64,000 nucleotides of DNA from a bacterium. GTDB lineage: Bacteria > Patescibacteriota > Minisyncoccia > Phycocordibacterales > UBA12445. Positions 56,800 to 64,000 of this stretch are shown here, piece by piece. The notes beneath the pieces were generated by a model, which was not told the DNA's origin, did not search any database, and saw only the letters and a program-made list of their open reading frames with translations. Each line of letters opens with the position of its first letter. The stretch's first letter is position 1. A program made the translations under genes and the position numbers. The DNA lies in the NCBI GenBank assembly GCA_030648005.1, contig JAUSIP010000001.1, positions 6,662 to 70,661 on the forward strand. Direction: 5' to 3'.

Positions 56800-57291
56800 G
56801 TGACTATCAACAATGCATTCAAACTTATCATTGCCATTGCGGTTTCCGAGCTGGCCGGTATCATCGGTTCGGTGTTTACGATTCCGTCCGTTGCCGGTTG
56901 GTACGCCGGGATTGTAAAGCCGGCTCTCAATCCACCGGCGTGGGTGTTCGGGCCGGTCTGGACGACACTATTCGCGCTTATGGGTATCGCGGCGTTCCTG
57001 ATCTGTTCCTCCTACGCTGAAGCTTCGGCGGATAAAAAGAAAGGGATTAAGGTGGCGTTGATATTGTTTGGCATCCAGCTGGTGCTCAACACGCTATGGT
57101 CGATTATCTTTTTCGGCCTGCACAGCCCAGGCGGCGCGCTTGTTGAGATCATATTCCTTTGGCTCGCTATCCTCGCTACAATCATTGCCTTCGCGAAGAT
57201 CTCAAGACCGGCGGCATGGCTTCTGGTGCCCTACATTCTTTGGGTCAGTTTCGCAATGTATCTGAATTATGCGATCTGGTCGTTGAATTGA
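56800..57291 (+). CDS. tspO: TspO/MBR family protein
   Basis: WY..KPALNPPAWVFGPVWT, QLVLNTLWS..FF, LVPYILWVSFAMYLN. Confidence 0.93.
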   Translation: MTINNAFKLIIAIAVSELAGIIGSVFTIPSVAGWYAGIVKPALNPPAWVFGPVWTTLFALMGIAAFLICSSYAEASADKKKGIKVALILFGIQLVLNTLWSIIFFGLHSPGGALVEIIFLWLAILATIIAFAKISRPAAWLLVPYILWVSFAMYLNYAIWSLN

Positions 57292-57684
57292 ACAGGGAGA
57301 AAATATTGAAGGAGTACTGGTGGCTGGTCCCATTTACCGAGAAATTCCTACCCAAGTATCTTTACTATCCAACCCACAAATGTTAGCTTGTGGACGGAAG
57401 ACGGCGTACTGCGATTGCAGTTGTCATAAGAAAGAAAAAGAATTACAAACAGAAAGTAACAAAGGAGGAGAATAAAGATGTCTAGCGGTATGGCCAGAAG
57501 CGGCCGGAGAACTTCGAGCCTTCAAGCGAGCACTTCAGCTAAGAGCGGGTATTACCGCCGCTCAGCTTGAGATGGCTCTGCAATTGGCAGAAGTAGAATT
57601 TAAAAGATTGAAAAATTCAAAGTAGAGATATTTTTGTACAGCCACCCAAAATAGGGTGGCTTTTTTCTTTTATTTAAAATTATC

Positions 57685-57936
57685 TCACCGATGAGTACAC
57701 CCGGCCCAACAGCAAGGCCGGCGCATTCCGCCCTTAAGTTTTGACATCGCTTTCTCGATACGGATATTCCTAGTCTCCTCTTTCTTGCCGGACGTAACCC
57801 AGCATATCCATTCGTTGCGAGCGAGCGGGGTGATATCTTCCCATACTTCCAGCGCCCTAGGTGTTGCTATGAGAGCCTCGCGTAAATCCGCCGGTAGTCT
57901 ATGTACTGTGCCGGAGGCGACACCTTTTTTAATCAT
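57685..57936 (-). CDS. YdeI/OmpD-associated family protein
   Basis: LPADLREAL, ITPLARNEWICWV...KKEETR, RRPCCWAGC. Confidence 0.85.
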   Translation of the reverse strand: MIKKGVASGTVHRLPADLREALIATPRALEVWEDITPLARNEWICWVTSGKKEETRNIRIEKAMSKLKGGMRRPCCWAGCTHR

Positions 57937-57953
57937 AACTTAATTTTACCAGA

Positions 57954-59222
57954 CTATTCCTTCTTTCCAAGCGAAAACCAATCTGTATTACGGGTCATAT
58001 ACATGACTGCGGCCAGGATCATGAAGAGGAAGAGTGAACCGGCAATGAGTGCGTAGTCTTCAAGATGAAGTATGAAGTAGAGATAAGCATAGAGTGTTGT
58101 GAGGAGTGCGAAGATCGGGAAGGCGCGCCGCCTGCTCTTCAGAACAAATGCGCTGTATGATGTTATAAGAAAAGCTATCATAGTAGTCGCCAAGAGATAT
58201 GCGGGCGTGAATCCGATCTGTTCTGTGAGAGAGAGCAGGAGGAGGTAGAAGAGCGCAAGTGCGGAGCCAACGAGAAGATACTGTATAGGATGTACATGTA
58301 CACCAGCGAGTACATCAAAGAGGAAGTAAGCGGCGAAAGTTAGAACGATGAAGAGAATTGCATATTTTACTGCGCGTTGAACCATGTCATATGTATCGAT
58401 TCCCGGATGAAGATCTACCCCGGCCGCCGATCCGGCGAATTGCAGGAGATCGAGCTTCTCTCCCTGCCAAGTAGCCGGATACGAGCGACCAAGTGAAGAA
58501 AGATGCCATTCGGAAATGAAACCGTCTTTTGTTATTTCACGAGAGGTCGGGAGGAATTTGCCGACGAATTTAGGATTAGGCCACAATGAAGCAATAGAGA
58601 GACTTGTCTCGGTTCCGAGAGGTGCGATCAAAATCCCCTCACTCCCCTTCAGTTTAAGTTCGAACGAGAACGGGATCTTTGCACTACCGCTAATCGGCAC
58701 AGCGACATGGAGACCGGAGCTGTTCAGCGTTTCAAAGCCGGAACCGGGCTCAAAGGCAAACGAAGTGCCCCTCCAGTTGAGATCAAATTGTCTCTCGATA
58801 CCGCGCGTGTCAGTGATCTCAACCGCAAGCGTTGCATTATAAATACCACGGGAAGTAAGCGAGCGCATGTCATCCGGTGAGAATTCGCCCGAAACCTTGA
58901 CCTTACTCACGTAGACGACCGACTTGAAAATGCCTCGCGAACGTACTTCTGGCTCAAGAACCGTCTCGTAGTTTAAGATTGCAGGAAGGACGTAGGCCTT
59001 CTCAAGGTAGCTTGACGTGCCTCGCACAACTGATACTTCGGCAATAAGCATTGGGCCGACTATCGTCTGACGTTCACCCCAGCCCTGTGCGATCTCACTC
59101 TTGGCTTCGTCCGCCCTGTGTTGCCGCTCTTCTACGAGCCCCATCACAAGAAGACTCGCCACAAAACAGGCTACGCCGATAATACCGATAGCTAATACTT
59201 TTATTGATATAGTGTCAGTCAT
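57954..59222 (-). CDS. creD: Inner membrane protein CreD family
   Basis: ER...A..EIAQGWG..Q, RAVKYAILFI, HPIQYLLVG.AL..FYLLLLSL.E, EDYAL. Confidence 0.9.
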   Translation of the reverse strand: MTDTISIKVLAIGIIGVACFVASLLVMGLVEERQHRADEAKSEIAQGWGERQTIVGPMLIAEVSVVRGTSSYLEKAYVLPAILNYETVLEPEVRSRGIFKSVVYVSKVKVSGEFSPDDMRSLTSRGIYNATLAVEITDTRGIERQFDLNWRGTSFAFEPGSGFETLNSSGLHVAVPISGSAKIPFSFELKLKGSEGILIAPLGTETSLSIASLWPNPKFVGKFLPTSREITKDGFISEWHLSSLGRSYPATWQGEKLDLLQFAGSAAGVDLHPGIDTYDMVQRAVKYAILFIVLTFAAYFLFDVLAGVHVHPIQYLLVGSALALFYLLLLSLTEQIGFTPAYLLATTMIAFLITSYSAFVLKSRRRAFPIFALLTTLYAYLYFILHLEDYALIAGSLFLFMILAAVMYMTRNTDWFSLGKKE

Positions 59223-59312
59223 AATGTTTCTATAACTTACGCTCCCACTCACAGGTTACAGAGCAAATAAAGAAACCGCCTATTGGCGGTTATTTTTCCG
59301 CCAGCTGGCGGA

Positions 59313-59636
59313 TTACACCTCCTTCTTCTTATAGAAAGTTACTTCCACTTTAAACCTTTTATCTTTAGGGTGATTATTAACGAAATAGGCAGCCACTTTT
59401 TCTACAAAATCTTTTCCATATTTATTGGCCAGATAAAGACAGTGATACAAATCTTCTCCCGAGGCGGTTCCAATCTTTTCAAATTCCGAAGTTTGTTCCT
59501 GATTTAGAAGTATGATTTGTCGTTCCTCCAGCAACTTTCCATTCTTTTCTTTCTTCATCAGAAGACCTTTTACATTCTCCTTAAAAGAAGTTATTTGATG
59601 CCTAGAAACGACATCTAGACTTGCCTTGCTTTTCAT
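59313..59636 (-). CDS. Hypothetical protein (ORFan)
   Basis: 107-aa ORF with a GGGGGTG SD-like sequence. Confidence 0.55.
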   Translation of the reverse strand: MKSKASLDVVSRHQITSFKENVKGLLMKKEKNGKLLEERQIILLNQEQTSEFEKIGTASGEDLYHCLYLANKYGKDFVEKVAAYFVNNHPKDKRFKVEVTFYKKKEV

Positions 59637-59758
59637 AACACCCCCTTTTTTCTCCCCTTATCCTATTCTAAATATCCGATAAAAGCTAGCGCGGAATCAA
59701 ACAGGATATAAAAAAACCGCTCTTTCGAGCGGGGTGAGTTACAACGAATACCTTCTTT

Positions 59759-60616
59759 CTAGAACAGTTCCCATGCGGTAGGATGTTCTTGGATCTTTCT
59801 CATGGCCTTAAACTGGATCTGTCTGACTCTCTCACGACACACACCGAGCATCTTGCCAATAGTGTCAAGTGTTCTTGGTTTATTATCTTCCAGACCAAAC
59901 CGGAGATCGATCACCATCTTCTCTATTTTAGAGAGGATCTTAAGGATAAGAGACCTGAACTGCTCACGAGCCACCTTCTTGATCGCCTGATCTTCCGGAG
60001 AAGGACGGTCGTCGGACAGCACAGCTCTCAAGGATGCGTTATCAGTATTATCATTCGCAGATCCTGAAGACATTAGCCTATCCAACGAAACCGGATCTCG
60101 ATCGAGATTCTCCATCTCGATCTCACGAACATCGTCGACTGTCATTCCCAGCTCTCTCGCAATAACCTCAGGTGTTTGATCTAGCCCATTATTCATCTTT
60201 CTCCATTCCTCCTTATACATGAAGACCTTAGAAACCTGATCGCTCTTGTAGACGGGAAGTGTTATTGTCCTAGATCCGGTAGCTATTGCTCTGCGGACCG
60301 CCTGTTTGATCCACCAAGTTGCATAGGTCGAGAACCTAAGACCACGGGCCCAGTCAAACTTCTTGACCGCCCTCATGAGGCCCATATTACCCTCCTGAAT
60401 AAGATCAAGGAAGGACAGGCTCTTAGAATTTTTGATCTGTTTCTTGTATTTTTTGGCGACCGAGATCACCAGTCGAAGATTCGCCCTGATCAACGATGCC
60501 TTAGCCTGTTCGTCACCTTCCGCGGTCTTCCGCGCCAACTCTCGCTCCTCATCTGAAGACACCAGACGATGCTGGCCTATCGCCACCATATAACCCACTG
60601 TTTCAATGTCCACCAT
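59759..60616 (-). CDS. Sigma-70 family factor, RpoD/RpoS-like (regions 1.2-4, no region 1.1)
   Basis: ANLRLVISVAKKY, DLIQEGNMGL, RFSTYATWWIKQ, RERVRQI; AGGAGG SD. Confidence 0.92.
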   Translation of the reverse strand: MVDIETVGYMVAIGQHRLVSSDEERELARKTAEGDEQAKASLIRANLRLVISVAKKYKKQIKNSKSLSFLDLIQEGNMGLMRAVKKFDWARGLRFSTYATWWIKQAVRRAIATGSRTITLPVYKSDQVSKVFMYKEEWRKMNNGLDQTPEVIARELGMTVDDVREIEMENLDRDPVSLDRLMSSGSANDNTDNASLRAVLSDDRPSPEDQAIKKVAREQFRSLILKILSKIEKMVIDLRFGLEDNKPRTLDTIGKMLGVCRERVRQIQFKAMRKIQEHPTAWELF

Positions 60617-60717
60617 AGACTTATCGCCTCCTATTATTATCTTATATCACATACAGTCTATCTGTCAAGTCTTACTGAAACCTTGATTTTTTGATTAATT
60701 TATGGTAATATTGAAAT

Positions 60718-60951
60718 ATGAGGAGAAACGCAGCAGAACTCAATATAAGCCAGGCAGAGATGCCTCTTGCTGACTTTCTCGAATCCTACAACAAAAATAT
60801 GCCAGCTAGCTTCCCGCGCGCGACTACAAGTTTGCTCAAGAAATTTCAAGAAGCCCATGCCGTACTTTTCCGCCACGGAGACTCTTGGTCTCTTGATCAG
60901 CATCGTAAGAAGCTGATGGACTGGCTACCGAGGAACATTAAGACGCTCTAA
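60718..60951 (+). CDS. Hypothetical protein
   Basis: 77 aa, WSLDQHRKKLMDWL; TAATAT 6 nt upstream. Confidence 0.65.
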   Translation: MRRNAAELNISQAEMPLADFLESYNKNMPASFPRATTSLLKKFQEAHAVLFRHGDSWSLDQHRKKLMDWLPRNIKTL

Positions 60952-60973
60952 ACAATTGGTGTATAATTAAACC

Positions 60974-62047
60974 GTGAGGAAACTTAGAGAATCACTCGAG
61001 GAGAATTATCGCCGTATCTCTACGGCTGCCATACTAATCGCTTTCATAATCGACAGCGTCACCCTTGTTCGTGTTGATCTCTATTTGACCAATCTGCTTT
61101 TGCTTGTCTATCTTGCCATTGTCGGAGTCGGCATAGTAATTATAAATCTGTATGAAGACGGCCGGACGCGCTTCATCTCCGAAGATGCTTACCAATGGCT
61201 CTTCATCGCCATGCAGTTCTCCTTCGGAGGACTCTTCGGTCGATTCTTGATCTACTACAGCAGAAGTGGTTCGCTTTTGACTAGCTGGCCTTTCCTACTC
61301 CTACTGGCCGGTCTACTTATTGGTAATGAATTCTCAAAAAAATATTATACCCGCCTTGTCTTACAGATCAGCTTCTTCTTCCTGGCTCTCTTCTCCTATC
61401 TGATATTCTTAATTCCGGTTCTTGTTGGCCGTATGGGAGGAGATATATTCATACTTTCCGGCTATATCAGTCTACTGTGTATCCTGTCTTTCTTGTATCT
61501 TCTTTCAAAAACCGCCCCGAAGAGGGTGAACTCCGACAGTCACTCTTTATACTGGAGTATTGGTGCCATATTCTTCCTGATGAATCTATTCTACTTTACC
61601 AATATTATACCTCCGATACCCCTATCGCTCCGTGAAGCCGGCGTCTACCACAAGGTCATCCCAGGCAGTACGGGATATCTAGTAACACATGAAGATTCTG
61701 CTCGACTGTCATTTCTAATGCCGTACGAAATGATACACATAAAAGCCGGTGGTACACTCTCCGCCTACTCTGCAATCTTCGCCCCAACCAACTTCGATAC
61801 GTCTATCGTCCACAACTGGCAATTTTATAATCCCTCTACCGAACAGTGGGAAAGTCGCAGTAAGATCACATTGCCAATAGTCGGCGGGCGTGACAACGGC
61901 TATCGAGGATATTCTATTAAGACAAATCTAACCGCCGGGTACTGGCGCGTAAATATGGAGACACTACGAGGACAATCAATAGGCGCAACGAAGTTCAAGG
62001 TCGAGTACGTCGACAAGGAACCACACTTGACATCATCTACTATTTAA
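60974..62047 (+). CDS. DUF2914-like membrane protein
   Basis: About 7 TM helices, IPPIPLSL, AIFAP, GGRDNGYRGYS.K, G.WRV. Confidence 0.8.
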   Translation: MRKLRESLEENYRRISTAAILIAFIIDSVTLVRVDLYLTNLLLLVYLAIVGVGIVIINLYEDGRTRFISEDAYQWLFIAMQFSFGGLFGRFLIYYSRSGSLLTSWPFLLLLAGLLIGNEFSKKYYTRLVLQISFFFLALFSYLIFLIPVLVGRMGGDIFILSGYISLLCILSFLYLLSKTAPKRVNSDSHSLYWSIGAIFFLMNLFYFTNIIPPIPLSLREAGVYHKVIPGSTGYLVTHEDSARLSFLMPYEMIHIKAGGTLSAYSAIFAPTNFDTSIVHNWQFYNPSTEQWESRSKITLPIVGGRDNGYRGYSIKTNLTAGYWRVNMETLRGQSIGATKFKVEYVDKEPHLTSSTI

Positions 62048-62115
62048 TGCTAATTTTCTATGTGGAATCTCGTCCATTGACTGTATCCGCCAGCTGGCGG
62101 AGGGAGGATATCTAA

Positions 62116-62397
62116 ATGCCAACACGTGTATGTCCGGCATGCGGGAATCGATCAAAAGAGGTCAATCATCCGGCCGGAATGACTGAATATTCAGCCGCGA
62201 CCGGTTTTATTCCTGTGTCTGTCGAAGGTGGAAGTACGGTCTGGCTTTGCGCCATATGCGCTTCGATCGTTCGGCGCTTCGCCGAGTCTATAGTGGAAAT
62301 CGTAGGAGAGGAGAAGATCCGTTTTTCCGATCTGCTGAAGCCGAAGGAGGAAGTAGATGGAAGCCAAGAAAATAGTGCCTGTGTCAGTCAATCCTGA
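62116..62397 (+). CDS. Hypothetical zinc-finger protein
   Basis: CPAC ... LCAIC; GGAGGA SD. Confidence 0.6.
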   Translation: MPTRVCPACGNRSKEVNHPAGMTEYSAATGFIPVSVEGGSTVWLCAICASIVRRFAESIVEIVGEEKIRFSDLLKPKEEVDGSQENSACVSQS

Positions 62398-62674
62398 CAG
62401 CGAACACTCGCACAAGTTCCACGGCAAGATCGTCTTCACCTGGGCAGGCAGAAGTGTCAACAAGATCTTGTCTCTCTTTATTGAGAGGGTCTGGACACAA
62501 GTAAACAGCAGCGACTTCTGCACAATGCAGAGGGTCAACGACAAAGAAGTAGAGCTATGGGTGTGCGCTAAGAACATCAAACTTGTCCATAAGGTTCTGA
62601 ACGAGGCGCTTGAAAGCTTGAAGACCCCCATCGAGAAATGTAGCGAGAAGCTTGTTGTGTCCAAAGAGGGGTAA
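62357..62674 (+). CDS. Hypothetical protein
   Basis: GGAGGA SD; terminator GCGCCCCGA...TCGGGGCGC-T6 at ~62699-62725. Confidence 0.6.
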   Translation: MEAKKIVPVSVNPDSEHSHKFHGKIVFTWAGRSVNKILSLFIERVWTQVNSSDFCTMQRVNDKEVELWVCAKNIKLVHKVLNEALESLKTPIEKCSEKLVVSKEG

Positions 62675-62894
62675 CTAATCAGCAAAAACGAGCCACGCGC
62701 GCCCCGAACCTCGGGGCGCTTTTTTATTAGCACAATTGACACTGATTTAAAAAGATCTATACTTGACAATAGAGAGAATATTGATTTTTTCACAACCAGA
62801 CTGGAGACAAGAGATGGGCGAGCAGAAGTGTGTACGTAAAACATGGATCCTTCTTGGATATCTCAGTGGGGTGGCTAGATTCGAGGTAAGCTGT

Positions 62895-63392
62895 ATGGAT
62901 ATCAATAAAGTTCTCGAAGAGAATCCTGAACTTATTCTAAATTACAACGCACTACTATACTTCCACTTCTTTGAGAAGCTCTTCATAAAGATTATTCCCG
63001 AGGGTGAGACTGAAGAGATAAACATGGAATCAATGGGCGAAAGCTATAAGGCCTCTCCGCAATACTTCTTCCCAGGACAAGGTAAATTCGTCTTTGTTGA
63101 TAAGCTCAAAACCAAGAATGACGAGCAAAGCATGACTATGCTAAAATACATGCTTGATCATAACCTTGACACCGGCTTCATTGACACTATCATTGGCCAA
63201 ATGTTCAGCTCGGTTCACCTTGCTAAGGGCGATCGCTTTCTAAAAGAATCAGAGATCAAAGACTTCGGACAGAAACAGAAGATTACCGAAAGTGAACCCG
63301 AATCTGAAATTAAGGAAGTCAAAGAGACAAAAGTTGAAGAGCCTACCGAGCCGGAACCAGGGCCACCCATCAAACCGGAAGATCTCAACTGA
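62895..63392 (+). CDS. Hypothetical protein with an acidic/Pro-rich tail
   Basis: Start at MDINK (GAGGT SD); the ORF track extends upstream. Confidence 0.55.
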   Translation: MDINKVLEENPELILNYNALLYFHFFEKLFIKIIPEGETEEINMESMGESYKASPQYFFPGQGKFVFVDKLKTKNDEQSMTMLKYMLDHNLDTGFIDTIIGQMFSSVHLAKGDRFLKESEIKDFGQKQKITESEPESEIKEVKETKVEEPTEPEPGPPIKPEDLN

Positions 63393-63436
63393 TTTATCGC
63401 GATCCTCCCGACCTTGTGTCGGGATTTTTTAAAAAA

Positions 63437-64000
63437 ATGATTAGCAAAAATAAAAATAAAATAATAGTCGTGTGTGGACCTACCGCAACAGGCAAGAGTG
63501 ACCTGGCTGTGGTGCTAGCGAAGAAGTTTGATGGCGAAGTGATATCTGCTGATTCGAGGCAGGTGTATAAAGGCATGGATATTGGGAGTGGTAAAATCAC
63601 CAAGACGGAGATGCAGGAAGTACCACACCACCTGCTCGATGTCATCTCACCTAAGAAAGTCTTTACGGTTGCTGATTATCAGAAGCTGGCGAATGAGGCT
63701 ATTGAAAAAATATTAGCAAAAAATAAACTACCGATTATCTGCGGGGGGACGGGTCTATATATACAATCGATCGTAGATGATCTTATTCTTCCGGAAGTAC
63801 CGCCAGATCTAGGACTAAGAAAAGAACTTAAAAAAAAATCTGTAGCTGAACTTTTTATAGAATTAAAAAGGTTAGATCCGAAACGCGCCGAGAATATTGA
63901 CAGTAAGAATCCAGTAAGGCTGATCCGGGCGATCGAGATAGCTCGCACGTTAGGTTCTGTGCCTAAATTACAATTTGGTAAAAATAAAAAGTACGAATTC
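63437..64000 (+). CDS. miaA: tRNA dimethylallyltransferase (partial; runs off the window end)
   Basis: GPTATGKS, ISADSRQVY, DIGSGK, PHHLLD, CGGTGLY. Confidence 0.96.
   Translation, partial: MISKNKNKIIVVCGPTATGKSDLAVVLAKKFDGEVISADSRQVYKGMDIGSGKITKTEMQEVPHHLLDVISPKKVFTVADYQKLANEAIEKILAKNKLPIICGGTGLYIQSIVDDLILPEVPPDLGLRKELKKKSVAELFIELKRLDPKRAENIDSKNPVRLIRAIEIARTLGSVPKLQFGKNKKYEF

Noticed and set aside
57288-57630. Possible decayed gene after tspO
   Set aside because: Short frames with several stops and no recognisable motif; cannot be supported

Overview
64-kb bacterial chromosome segment with the hallmarks of a Patescibacteria (CPR, Parcubacteria-like) genome: compact housekeeping genes (gyrA, rpsA, pth, lepB, hisS, rpsU, ybeY, ftsA, ftsZ, ugd, trhO, tsaD, short valS, lepA, murJ, miaA), seven intact tRNAs, and many small ORFan cassettes with their own Shine-Dalgarno sites and terminators. 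The taxonomic call is an inference from gene content. Two things stand out. (1) A three-gene ubiquitination-like operon (coiled-coil/E2-like, ThiF/E1, ubiquitin-like ending QGS) sits next to tRNA-Ser with no JAB peptidase. (2) A structured, tRNA-anchored DNA element family is associated with six of the seven tRNAs. It comprises an inverted copy of the tRNA's own 3' end split by an AACTGCTT hairpin, then a long hairpin-GTAC-GTA-loop hairpin module, then a direct copy of the tRNA 3' end. At tRNA-Asn two such modules bracket two cargo genes like a cassette. Further dispersed palindromic repeat families, in-frame REP-like insertions in proteins, a lipoprotein gene with an internal TAG, and a leaderless-versus-SD split between resident and accessory genes are also visible. 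All product calls come from motif recognition by eye; no database searches were run.
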